NCBI GenBank assembly: GCA_000165425.1 | Contig: CT868663.1 | Location: forward strand, 186,001 to 250,000 | DNA length: 64,000 nt | Direction: 5' to 3' | Origin: Paramecium tetraurelia | Lineage: Eukaryota | Shown here: positions 39,996 to 53,089 of the stretch, piece after piece | Position numbering within the stretch: the first letter of the stretch is position 1 | Layout: every line of letters begins with the position of its first letter | Notes under the pieces: generated by a model | What the model was told of the DNA's origin: nothing | Databases searched by the model: none | What the model saw: only the letters and a program-made list of their open reading frames with translations | Made by a program: the position numbers and the translations under genes

Positions 39996-40480
39996 ATAAT
40001 ATTATAAATAATATACATGCATTAATTTAACCTAATTTAGGAATGATATTCTGTTGGTAAGGATATTTTTATGCTTTTAAAAAATACAAGTATTGCTAGT
40101 TAACATTAGAAGGCTATGAACCAAAGAATTATGAAATTTTAGAATATCAAAATTAATAGCTATAATGCCTTTCAAGTGATAATAATTAATAAAAAACATC
40201 TATATAAGTTGTTTCAGAAGAATACTATTAAACATATTTAATTTAAGTTAGTCTCCTTTTTATTTAATATTCTAAATAGAGTCTTTATTTTAATGCATTT
40301 TGAATATTTCCTTAATAGAAACTAATAATGAAAGAGAACTTATATTATTTTACATTGCGATAGTACTAATCGAGTTGCAAAATTGTATTACTTAAAAAAT
40401 TGTAAGAAATTATAGATTTTTAAATATAAAAAGCATAATAGAATAAATAATAGAATTAAAATAAAATGAAGAGAGTAAAA

Positions 40481-41502
40481 TCAGTATGACAAGCTATTAT
40501 TGTTAAATGAATCGTAACTATCCCTCTCAAATAATAACTTGTTGCTTTCTGTAATTTAGCACTTTGCCCTAAAAATCATAAAGTTATCTTCATCATCTTA
40601 TTTAATTTTTATTAGGTAAACATTTTCTCCTTCATCGAATTGATGGTCTTGCTTAGCAGGTATTTGATCTGAGGCATCATTAACAAAATATAAATTATTA
40701 GCATTTTCAGCCTTTATGATATTTAAAAATGTCTAACACTCCTTTTCATTACCTGTGCAATTGTAAAAGAGTGTTTAATTATTAAATTAATGTTCTGGAA
40801 TAGCTAAATCATTGTAGATTGCCAATGATGTTGAGTTTGAAAATTGTTGTTTTGGAGCTAAAAAGTCATAATTTTGGTGTGAAATCTAATGTAATGATAT
40901 GGGTTTTGGTGAGAATTCATAATCATTATTTACAATGGACAAAATACAAGTGATTGCTAATAGAGACAATAAGCCATAATTCATCATCTTTTGTTTAGTA
41001 ATGACATTCACTCTTATCATCTCATGACTTGCTTCTTAAGTACAACTCATACATTTATAATTCTGACTAATCAATATTTTATTAATATATACTTTAATTC
41101 TTCCAAGTATTATATTTTTAATCTTTACTAATTGTTCTCTTCCATCAATAATTATATTTGATCCTCCTTTTGTTTTAGTAACAACTAATAGTTTTGGTTC
41201 TCCAAGATCAGAGAATCAAATTATTGCTTTTTTCTATCTCTAGATTGTTAAGCTGAATTTCTATTTCTTAATTTCCTGAGCTCTTCTTTTGAGAGATTAT
41301 TATTTGATTCGGATTTAGTTTTGTTTTTTTTTTCTATTCTTTTCTTTAAAATTCTTTCTTTTCGATCGTTTTTGAACTTTTATTCAAAATCAGTTGATTT
41401 GCTGTGTTCAGGAGTTTCTACGTTTTCATAACATGGAGGGAAAATCATATCATCCTCGTAATCGAAAGGGATATTACAATCATCTTAATCAATAAAATTC
41501 AT
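40481..41502 (-). CDS. membrane-tethered bZIP transcription factor (ATF6/CREB3/XBP1-like)
   Basis: Basic region LSKEELRKLRNRNSAQQSRDRKK, zipper, intron 41067-41092, hydrophobic segment YGLLSLLAITCILSIV, C-terminal domain with NST/NQT/NCT sequons. Confidence 0.82.
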
Positions 41503-41575
41503 TTATTTATTTTTTAGTTAAACTTAATATTCCTATAGAAAACTCACTAAATAAGTACTAATATATATATTTTGC

Positions 41576-41583
41576 TGACGTGG
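41576..41583 (+). promoter_or_regulatory. UPRE-like bZIP binding site TGACGTGG inside the inverted repeat CTGAC-GTG-GTCAG
   Basis: Exact TGACGTGG in otherwise very AT-rich DNA, 73 bp upstream of the ATG of the membrane-tethered bZIP gene. Confidence 0.5.
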
Positions 41584-42039
41584 TCAGAAATAAACAGAAA
41601 TCAAATACCTTAAATATTAATACTTATCACATTTAAATAGAATCCTCTCATCAACAAGGTCTAGGCAAATTCTACTCAAAAAATATGTTTTAATTATTTT
41701 AAATCTATCTATCTAAGCAATATATAGATTCAATTTAATTATCAATAATACATTCGTATCAATATGTAAACGATGAACACGTTTTAAATTTATATAATTC
41801 TACATAACTTTTTCCAACCTAGTCAATCATATACCATAGAGATTGAACACTTAATTTCCATTTTAGCAACGAATTTACAATTTGATATCAAATCTATATA
41901 AAAAGAATGCAAATTCTTTATATAGATTTTTAAATTTTATATTTTAAATTATTGGAGTAACATATTATATTGATTATATGTTATTTAGATATGTACAATT
42001 TTTAATATAAGAAATTGAGTATAAAAACACATATTCATT

Positions 42040-43500
42040 TCAAGTTTTAAACGCAAATGATTTTAAGGGATAGTTCCGAAAATGCAATTAAATACTATCC
42101 TATATTTCAAGATGGTTAAGCAGCAAACTTGAAAGGTTTTATAAAAAGAAATTTGATTCGAACTATTGCTTAAAAGAACATAGGTCAATATTTATTATTT
42201 AAATTAAGATATCACATCCCTTTCTTTTGAGAATTATTTGAGATTAAAATTAATTTCTTCTTTATATTGTTGATAGTATTTCAAAAATCTGCATCATAAA
42301 TATCTTCATTTAATAATAGAAGGTAAAAATTTAAGTATTCTGATTTTATGTCACAAACTCGATTGAAATTTTATGAAAAATATATATTTTATATATTTTG
42401 AAGAGTTTAAGAATCATTTCTTATAAGTTGATCTTTTTAATGATCCTTCTGTTTAACAATAAAAGAGATTAGGCTCCCCAATTAAAAAAAATTTAATGAA
42501 TATGTTTGTTATTTGAACTGAGAAATTGAATACAATTTTTTTATTGTATTTATATTTCCTCGCCTTTTTAATTGCCAGCATTGATTTTTTCAAGAATTAA
42601 CAAATATTCAACAGTTTGAATGTCCACACAACATATTTTTAATAAAAATTTTCGTTTTTTATAAGATATTAAAAATTTTTAAGGGAGATGAATTTTGGGC
42701 TTAAGTAGTTGATCTTCAACAGAAATAATTTTATCTGTCATATAAATTCTTAATAGTTTCCTAATATTACATCCTTCACAATAATAATTATCATATCCAG
42801 GAAAGCATTCTATTTTATGAGATCCTATTAAATTAAATAATAAATATTCTTTTATGTAGTTAAGCCTAATAAAAGGTTAATCTATAATAAATGAAGTATT
42901 TTTTAACCAATAATTTTCCTTCAAGTTCTAGACAAAACACTGTCTTGAATTTTTTTCATTATAATATATACTCGCAAGTATGACAAAAGTACTTATGATA
43001 CTTATAAAAACTAAGAGAAAGTCAATTCTTTTTGATAAAATTGATGTTAGTGCAAGTCGTAAAATTAAATGACTAAAAGCTTGAATGACAGCATGACTAA
43101 AATTTGAGACTATATACAAAACAGCTTGTAGCTACATAAAGGTATTTCCATAAGTATAAAATTCTAATTTATTAGTAGATGCTGGGTCAACATTCAATTC
43201 CAAAAATCCTAAAATAATATTTGCTATAGTAAGAGCATCTTGGAGATAGTGAATTTTTTTCAGCATTATAACTATTATGAAAAGTAAAACAGATAAGATG
43301 CTAAAAGCGACATTCAAATACCAAGTTTCAATTGAGTGATCTAAAAAATGGAATCCTAAAACAACTAAGTTAGAAATAAAAAATATCCCAATAATAAAAA
43401 TGAAAATCGGTTTTTATATTGAACCTGTCTTTTCCATTTAATATTGCTATTCTAATTTCTAATTCTGAAATGTTAAGATCAATTTTTTAATATTTTTCAT
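42040..43500 (-). CDS. multi-pass membrane protein with long soluble C-terminal region (486 aa, intronless)
   Basis: MKNIKKLILTFQNQKLEQQY, about six hydrophobic segments, then a soluble region to TGA 42040-42042. Confidence 0.7.
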
Positions 43501-44419
43501 AAATTAATTAAATCTAAAAATAGTGTATAACATTATGTTATTGAAATATATAAAATTTTTGAAGATGAAAAGATGAAACAATTATTTAAAAAAATTTCTG
43601 TTTAAACCTCACAGTAGTTTGCAGGAGACAAATAAAGGTAATTAAATAATTTCATATGTGATTTATACGTTTTTATTTCCTTACCATAATATTTTATAAT
43701 ATCCTAATCTACAAAATTCAAATATGATATCAATAATTTCTGATTTTTAACTCATTTTCCTATTGTGTTTTAATATAATTACTCTTATTTTTCAGATGGA
43801 AGGAAGTTTATATTATGTAAACCATTAGTTAAATTTGCCAATATTTGATTAATACGAGTTTTATTCATACGAGAATGATATTTTTTGATAAATATATTTA
43901 CTATTTCTACTTCTTTATCTCTACTTACTCAGAAATTACATTAATACTGCAACTTTCTATTTTTCTTCCCATTCATATAGCCAATAATTTAAATTTCGTA
44001 TTCAAAACCTATTATTCACACCAGTAAATTTTTGTATAATTATATCAATTGAATATTGAAACCCTCTGGATTAAAACTTATTTACAGCACCCTATCAATT
44101 ATGATATATTGATTTTTTTTGTAAACTTCAGTTAAACTTTAAAAAACTAAACTTTTATTTAACATTAGAATATTTTATTATTACTATCTAAGAACTCGAA
44201 TAATTAACAATCAATCCATTCTTATTGCTAATTAGATATAATAGGTATTATGAAAATTATAAATCTCTACATCAATCTATATTTTAAGGTAACCTAATTC
44301 ACTAATATAATTGATTACCATATGAATCTACCCATTATAGTGATTGATTGTTTATATATCACAGAATTACATTGAAATTAAGAGATTAATTTATATCACA
44401 TAAATATTTATTAATTAAA

Positions 44420-44898
44420 ATGATTAAAGTTTTTTTAATTGTAAATAGCAGTGGAAAAATTCGTATTCGTCGTTTTTACGATGAAGTGGAGTGTATTAAT
44501 AATCTTAAAAATTAGTCGCTAGATAGCAATAAATTGAATAAAAGTTAGTATAATTGACAAGCAAATTAAGTCCTAATAGTTGTAATTTCTTTAAGGATCT
44601 GGATGGAATATATGACAAAAAATGTAAAATTGTTATGAGATTTTTCGGAACTTTGTATTTCATTGCAGTGATTGATGAAGATGAGTCTGAATTAGGTGTT
44701 CTTGACTTAATTTAAAATATCGTGGATCTAATGGACAAGATCTTTGAAAATGCATGCGAACTAGATGTCCTTTACCATCCAGACAAAATGAATGCTTTGA
44801 TCGATGAAATTATTGTGGCAGGAATTGTTGTTGAAACAAATATTATGGATATACAAGAAGCACTCAAATAGCAAGAGACTCAAATTAAAAATAAATGA
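44420..44898 (+). CDS. adaptor protein complex small (sigma) subunit, AP-3 sigma-like
   Basis: MIKVFLIVNSSGKIRIRRFY...CNF...LYFIAVIDEDESELGVLDLIQ...FENACELD...GIVVETN. Confidence 0.9.
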
Positions 44899-45027
44899 GT
44901 TTATAATATTTAGACATAGCCAAGTTATATTAATATATTGAATCCATCTGAATTGGAATTCTTTTATCATACATAAATGCTTAATCAGCATACATTAATA
45001 TATTGCAATTTTTATATTATTCTTATT

Positions 45028-45898
45028 ATGAATTGTCATAAATGCTTCTTTGCAATTGCTAAATTTAATCACCACAAAGATTACTATGCTATACTCAACC
45101 TATCCTAAACAAATGATTAAAGTGCTATAAAGAAGGCTTATTATGCTTTAGCAAAGAAATTTCATCCAGATCTTAATTAGGGAAGAGAAGAAAAATTTAA
45201 GGAAGTCAATGAAGCTTATGAAGTTATAATTTTGAATACTTCTATAGATACTTTCAGATGAAAATACAAAGAGAGATTATGATAATATGAGAAATGTTGG
45301 ATCAAATTAATAAAGTTAATAATATTCTGAGTAATATTAAGACCCTCGAAGAAATTACGCTAATCAATAATAATAATCATATCGTACTAACTAAAATTAT
45401 AGGTATATGAAAATAATAATAAAGTTAAAAATGGAACACAAGAACAGCATATGAATAAGCCTTCAAATAAGCTTCTTAAAATTTCTACTATTAGCAATAA
45501 TAATAATAACAATATCAACAAAAAGGCTAAAGGAATAATTACGAAGAGGAGATGAGGAGAAGGGAAGAAGCAGTGAATTAATTTGCATAAGAAGCTTTAT
45601 TAAGGAAATAGAGAGAATACTAGGCTCGACAATAATATTATGAATAAGAAAAGAGAAAAAACCAATTTTATAATGAAAGGGAAAGAGAGGCTTACGAAGA
45701 CTATTTAAGATAAAGAGAATACGAACAATATCAACGAGAAAAATTTGTAATTAAATTAAGAATATTTCTTATTAGGAAGAATATTAAAATAAAGCCAAAA
45801 ATTTTGAAGATAGTGTTGAAAACATTCAAAAAAATTGGAATTAAATTAAATCAAATGTAAGTTCCATATGGAATTCTATTAAAGGAAAAAAAGATTGA
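45028..45898 (+). CDS. DnaJ-domain protein
   Basis: KDYYAILNL, IKKAYYALAKKFHPDLN, FKEVNEAYEILSD; Q/Y/E-rich tail; introns. Confidence 0.9.
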
Positions 45899-46643
45899 AA
45901 TATCATCATATTTAATAAAATCTAAAATAATTATAGTTATTTAAGTGGATTTTTAAGAATATCTTATTATTTTAGCTAATTAAATTGAATAAATAATTGA
46001 GTAATATTAGCATAATAAAAGTTATATATAGCATATTAATACTATTTTACCCTAAATCAATTTTATCAGATGGTATTGATTTTTGATTTCTCATTTTTCC
46101 AACCCAAAAAATTAACACCATTTTAAATTTACTTAATATAATATTTGAATTCCTTATTTTTTGATCCTTCTTAACAATGAATGGCATTAGATATAAATTT
46201 ATTGGGTTTTATTAATGTATTTTTAATTTGATAAAACATCTTTAACAACACAAAGTTTAGTAACCAATCAAATTATGATTATAACAAGGGCTTCAATTTA
46301 GCAACTCTATTTTTTGAAGAATTAGCAATAGTATTATTAACTAAACAAAGTTGGAATACAATCAGGATACATTTTAGGAATAAAGATTATTTATTATATA
46401 AATGAGAAAGTATTATATTAAATTAAAATAAAATATTTTCTTTTATTATTAAAATGTGTTAGAAATATTTATTATTTATATATATCTTACAAAATTCTTG
46501 TAATTATAAATCATTTTATAGTTATAATTAATTATGCCATCATCAATTTAGATACATTTTTTTTAGTTTTTATTTAATAATAAACCATTATTAAGACCTG
46601 ATATCATTGGATCATATTTAATAAATATAGTAAATATATTCAA

Positions 46644-47122
46644 ATGAGCAAAACTACTTTTGATGAGTTAGTGATTTCTGAGTGTAACCAAGAGGGTCAA
46701 TCAGAATCATCAGAATTTAGATTTGAGTCCCTTTAAAAAAGAGGCAGTTAAACAACAGATGCAGAAGCTAAACGTTACCATAAAATTCCATTATAAACAC
46801 AAATTCAATTGTTTTAAATGGTCTTTCAATAAGGAAAACGGATAAAACAGGTTTTAATCATGAATACTAAATTTAGGTTGCGAAATCATTGAGAATGAAT
46901 TATTCAAGTGCTAAGTCATTGATTCATTATTATAAAAAAAATAAAAGACCTATTCCAACAGCTATCTCTAGCATAATAAGCTTAAATAAAACATGCATTA
47001 TAAAGGAAACAATATAAGGAAATGATAATTTTTTCGTTGACATACGAATAAATTAAAAAAGTATTAGGAAATATAATTATTATCAACAATAAAGTATAGA
47101 TTTGAATAACGTATCGAAATGA
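46644..47122 (+). CDS. small helix-turn-helix DNA-binding-like protein
   Basis: KRYHKIPLQTQIQLFQMVFQQGKRIKQ|VAKSLRMNYSSAKSLIHYYKK; one intron. Confidence 0.7.
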
Positions 47123-48444
47123 GTAAAGAGGAAATTGATTTATTATTATATTTCCCATAATTGCTTCTTTATAAAAATTATTATAATTATTTCTAAGATA
47201 ATTTTTATAAAGATGGGGTTTATGCAATCCTCAAAAAATAATATTTTTTAAAAGTGTATTGATTTTATAAAGCAAATTTTAGTACTTGACTTTGGCATCA
47301 ATAACGGTTTTTAATAAATGAAACAACTTAAACATAATTTAAAATTATTTATCATAAAATGTGATTGTAATTAATAATTGGATATCTGATTTATAAAAAT
47401 TATAATATTTGAATTTTTATTCGAGACTTGTCAACATAACCTATTGATTATGAAACAAATAAATAAATTGCCATAAGAGAAGTTAAACAAGAGATATTTA
47501 GAGAAAAAAATATAAAAGTTGAAACACACAATTTAAAAATTGAATGATTTCCAAAATGAATCTAGTAATATTGTTAAAACAATATTCTAGATCAATTTTC
47601 AAATTATAATAAGCAGAAACTCAGAAGATTAAGAATTCCAATTTAAAAAGATACTTATAATATATTCGATCTGTTTCATTGTTGGTGTAAATTTTGAAGT
47701 AAATAGAACTTGTTTAAAGAATTTGCACTTAATAATTAGAAACTAATAAAAAAAATCAAAAATGTTATAAAAAAATATTATAAGAAACTTCATTCTATCT
47801 AATTGATTATATGCAGAATCCAAATCATATATGATATATTTTATAATCAGTTTATTTACTATCAAAATGTTGGTATAGAAGTAAAATTCAAGTAAGTTGG
47901 TTAAATATTACTTGCGATAAATGAAGAATTAATATAAGAAATAAAAGTTAAATTCAACAATATGTTTTTGAGTGAATATAAATACAAAAAAATAATTAAT
48001 TTAATAAGAATCTTAAATAGAGTCCTTTAATCAATATACAAATTATAGCAGCATTGCAATTGATCCTCTTATTATATTGCTTTATTGATTCATTTTTTGA
48101 CATCTTATATATTCAATAAAATACTTAGTATATTCTCAGGATAATCTACTAGAAAAAACAAGTCACTATTTAATTAATTCGTTAAATAATTAGAATTCTT
48201 TAATTTAATTATGTCTTTTTTTACTGAATTGTTTAGATTGGACCTGTTATTTCTTTACCAATTGTTATTTTTATATTTGAGGAGTTATTCGAGTAATTTC
48301 TATAGAGTAGAGATCGATTCTTTTTTTTAGATTGTAGTAAGAATAAGCAATTTATTTAAATGTAAAATTTCAGTTTGGATATTTTAATAATAGCGAGATT
48401 CATAATAGTATGTATGCCTATTTATTAAATTATATAAATCTTGC

Positions 48445-51103
48445 ATGTCGGAAAAGAAAGGAGAGTCATTGTAGGACTAAATGAAAAGCCTTTAAGGAGA
48501 AATCAATAAGTTGCATTAAGAAATAGATTCAAAGAAGAGAGAAATTACAAAATTAAAAAATGACAATACTTTGAGATTAGAAAAAATAAATTGGGTGTAA
48601 GTGTATGTCTCTTAAATGATAGATAGGAGAAGGTAAGAAAAATGTAGAGAGAAAAAAAGGTGCTTGAGTTGAATGATTAAACTTTAAGTGTAGGTCATAC
48701 AACCGCTAAGCATTCAACTACTACGAAAGAAGTCTAACCCCAGACAGAGGCATAAAAACCTCCCTAGTAAGAGATTTAATTAGAGAAAATGCAAATGCTA
48801 GAATTTTTTAACTAGTATTTGGATCAAACAAACAAATAGATGGTTAAATTTTAAACAAATAGAAAAAAAAATGGGGAAAAAGACGAATATATCAATCCAT
48901 ATCCCACAATTAATATCAAATAAACAATTGAAGGTATAGAATAAGGTGAAAGTTCATCATTTAGGTTAGATTAAGAAACAACATTCTAAAATCTAAAAGA
49001 ACTGGCATTCTACTATTTGAATTTGGCTCCATATTTAAGAAAATTTGATGAAAAGGATAGTGAAATTATGGATGATTTAGAGCTAACAGATGAAAATCAT
49101 TCTAGAATAGAATTAAAAGAGAAAGTTATTGATTTTTTTACAAATAGGGGTGTCTCAAATATTTCTTAGATTACGCTACTACTATAAAAAAAAAAAACTG
49201 TGAAGCCAGCATTGAATAGCTTATAGATAGACAGTATCAAAATTAATGGTGGTAATAAAGCTGCCAGCTATTCAGGGGCATTTACAGTTCATAAAAATAG
49301 AATAAAAGCCATTGATACATATAATCTATTTTTTTAAAAGTTTCCAGGATTAAAATACTACATAAGTGAATTACAAATTTAAAAAGAGTTCCAGGAGCAA
49401 TAGAGAGAATTTGAAAAAAACAATGTTGATAAGGCATCAGAGTAGAAGTTTGAATTAGATGATATGAATTGTCTTATCTTGAGTTCCATCATAGTCATCT
49501 TAATATTAACTTTACTTAGCTATACAGCTTATTTAAGTCCTTAATTTGTAAATCTAAATTTCACCTTCATTAATAATTTAATTGGAATAGGTTCAAATGG
49601 AGAATATACTAAAATAACTACAATCCCTGAATTTTATTATTATATGGAAAACTTTCTTGGGGGAACCATGTATAATTCTGATAAGGGAGACAATCCATTT
49701 CGTTCTAATTATGAAATGATAGGAGGCATTTAATTGAGAATACTTAGAAGTGATTTGTATGAATGCCACAAATATGTTAATGAGTTACAAAAATATAGTT
49801 GTTTTGATGTTGTCTATGATTCTAGTAAAGCAAATAAATCAGACTATAAAAATTATACTTATTAGACAGCAGAAGAACTAGGAATCAAATACTTCCAAAA
49901 AGGGAATTTGACTACTTACACTGATGGAGGATATGTGGTAGAATTTAATAGGGATATCACTACAGAAGCCTTTTTAGAAAAGATAAACAATTTAAGAAGA
50001 GAATAATTTTTAGATGCGGCTACGGCTGCTATCTTCATTAATTTTGTAATTTACAATCCTAGTATCAATTTATGGATTTAAGTTAATTTTTTATTAGAAA
50101 GAAATGCTCAAAATAAATTAACGCCTTACCGAGCAGAATTAACTGGATTTATACCAAATTTATATTATGGAGAGGATGGTGAACGTTTATTTTAGATTGA
50201 TATAACTAAATTGATTATGGCTTGCATTTTGTTAGCTTTTGTTGCATATAGATTTTATAGGATTAAAATAAATACAGGTAAATTAGGGCCTGCATTTTTA
50301 TATATAACAATGGAAATCGGATTTTTCAATTGTGGAGTTGGAATTTTAACTATAATCTCTGTGGCTATGTCATTGTAATAGTCTTTGTAAGGATAGGATC
50401 CTTAGGAACTAGTAAATAAAGCAGAATTTGTGGTAAATGAATTAAGCTATTTAATAGCATTTGGAATTGGAGGCAGATTTATATAAAAAGGCAGAACTAT
50501 TTTTAACAATCAGCATAATGTTTTTGTTTTTAAGGCTATCTTATATATTAAAATTGAATGATAGAGTGGCAATCATCTTTTTAACTTATAGTAAAAGTTT
50601 TAAGGAATTACTTCCATTTTTGGCTATAGAGTTTCCTTTATTTTTGGGATTTGTTATGGTCTTTTAAATTATTTATGGAAATGTATTTCCTTAATATTCC
50701 TCATTTACCTTAGCAATTGCCAGTTAATTAACTATGGTATATATATAAATATTAGCATTAGATATAAGGGTAATTAAATATCACACAATTTGTAAACTAT
50801 TCTCCGATAGTTTCAATGATTGTAATTCTGTTCTACTATTTCTTTATGTTATTCTTCATTATTTCATTATTTTAAGCAATCTTGATAGAATGCTTTAGAA
50901 TTGTTATTATGAAGAATGGATATCCCTAAGATAAAGAATAAGGACTGTCTATAGGAGACTTGTTTAGTTGGATGTTTTCTTGGACAAAGCTATTTGCCGG
51001 TAAAAAGAATGCTTCACAAGAGAAACAAAATTTGAAGTAGCAAGACAAGCCTCCTGCGGATTAAGAAGAAAAGTAGGGAATAAATTCTGCTACAGAAAAT
51101 TGA
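48445..51103 (+). CDS. polycystin-2 (PKD2/TRPP)-like cation channel
   Basis: TM1, then TOP-domain motifs IGGIQLRILR, YTDGGYVVEF, FLDAATAAIFINFVIYNPSINL, further TM helices (FLRLSYILKLN) and a pore region; N-terminal coiled coil. Confidence 0.88.
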
Positions 51104-51126
51104 ATTAATTTACGCTAAAATATTAA

Positions 51127-52101
51127 TCATCTTTTTTGTTAATTTTTATTTCCCTAAAGAATTCCATGAATTAGATTTCTAGGCCAATTATGATTTCTCT
51201 ATCTAATCTGCTCTTGAGGTTATGGTGTTGGTAGCTGCTACTATTGAATTTCTGGAATTGGAGAAGGGGAAGAGAGTTAGATTTCTTCTTGAGGCTATTG
51301 ACTTAGATGATCAGAAAGGGAATCAATTTGTAATTCACATTCTATTTTGTTGGATTCAATAGATGGAGAATCCTATTTAACTACAATTTATTATGGAACT
51401 ATCTAAATTGAATCATCTGGAGAGTATTTCTTTTTGTGCTTTTTCTTTTTCTCCTTTTTTTATTTTTTTTCTTTCTTTGACTTCTTTTTTTCATGTTTAA
51501 TTCTTTTTTTATCAGGGAACTCATCAATAAGTTGATTACTATCCTTCTTTAATAACTTTTCTAATTCCTTCTGCCATTTATTTTCTTCTTTCGGATACTA
51601 CATAACAGCTTCGAAATCAAAATAATCACCATTTGCAACTAGCTATTCTAAATACTATTTGTAATGTCTAAATATATCAAGGATTGTTTCATTAGTAAAT
51701 ATCAAATCGCCTTCGTAATCTATGCTTTAAAAAATCAAAGATTCCTTCTAACAATCAATTTCTTCTGGTAGGCACTCAGACACTGAGGTTATTCCAAGAC
51801 CTCCATAATCAATCGGAATATTATCCTTGAAAACTGTAGCTTTCTATTAAGCAATTCTAGCAGTATATTCTTTTTGCAGCTTACTTAAATTGAGATCAGT
51901 TAACTTATTAAGCTTTTGGATGAATAATTTTAAAGTGGCATCATTAAATCCATAGTTAAAATAATCTGTGATATCAATTCCTTTTGTCAACCATTTTTTT
52001 GAATTTGCATTTAAGCACTCTTCTTTTAAAACCTGAGGAGTTTACAATTTATAGAGTGGTGCAGATTACTTAACCCTCAATAATTTCTCTCTAATGCTCA
52101 T
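51127..52101 (-). CDS. Fip1-motif protein (pre-mRNA 3'-end processing)
   Basis: KKWLTKGIDITDYFNYGFND matches the Fip1 motif; K-rich and SR-like tail. Confidence 0.8.
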
Positions 52102-53089
52102 TTATTTTTGAATTATAAAATATAATTATTTTTATATATTTTTTCAGCAAAGGCTTATCAATTTTCAGATAAAATGCTATGAATATTGGAAGTGAACTGC
52201 AAGAGTTAGAACCCATCTTAAAGCCTACATCTTATTTATATTCGTTTACTCATTTACAAGATTAAAATATAATTAGTCTTAAACGCCATAATCTTTTTGG
52301 AATGTCTAAATCTAATAATTATCATACATAAATGATATTACTATATTATTTTGATCTATTTATTAAAATTACCATTGAAATAAACCTATTTGAATTAATA
52401 ATCTTTTTATAATCATAGAAAATTTAAACTAGTTTCACTTTATTAATTTAAGAAAATTATTTTATTTAAATTTCAATATAAATTGAACTGCATAGATTTG
52501 ATGATTTCTTTATCCAAACACCATAAATTATTATAATTCAATAAAAAAACTTTTAGTATATTGTTAATCCAAATACTTAAGAAAATTTGACTATTAATAT
52601 TCTTGATCAGCAAGTATTTATAGAAAAAAAGAATCCACTTCTTTTGAAATATATATTCACAAATAATTATATTTTATTATTTGAGTTAAAGCATTTTTGA
52701 TTATTTTAATATTATGCAATTAATATACTTTAATATTATTTTTTCCTTAAGCTCTTTTAGGACAAGTTTTCTTAGTTTCTTTAATCTATTCTTTATGTTT
52801 TTGTTCTTTGTTTGCTATTATTTTTGTCCTTCATTTCTCCTTTTACTTCAATTTCTGCATCATCCTTCCATTTCTTATTCTCAACATGTTTTCTTTGTCA
52901 ATCAAATAAAATTTAAAATTTTTAATTTATTTACTCTAATTAAAATATCCGATTATTTAAAAATCTGAATTGTTCAAGCATTTTTTGATTGTTTTATATA
53001 AAATATCTAAAAATTGTATTGATGTTTTAATAAAACAAGAATTATGAATAGATATATTGTAATATTAATTTAAGGTGTGATACATATTC

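Noticed and set aside
49186..49197. A12 run in the PKD2-like gene as a programmed frameshift site
   Set aside because: The run is in frame (TAA AAA AAA AAA ACT) and the ORF continues without a shift.
52700..52970. Lys-rich minus-strand frame downstream of SAS-6
   Set aside because: No convincing start or motif; may be a remnant, and there is too little support to call a gene.
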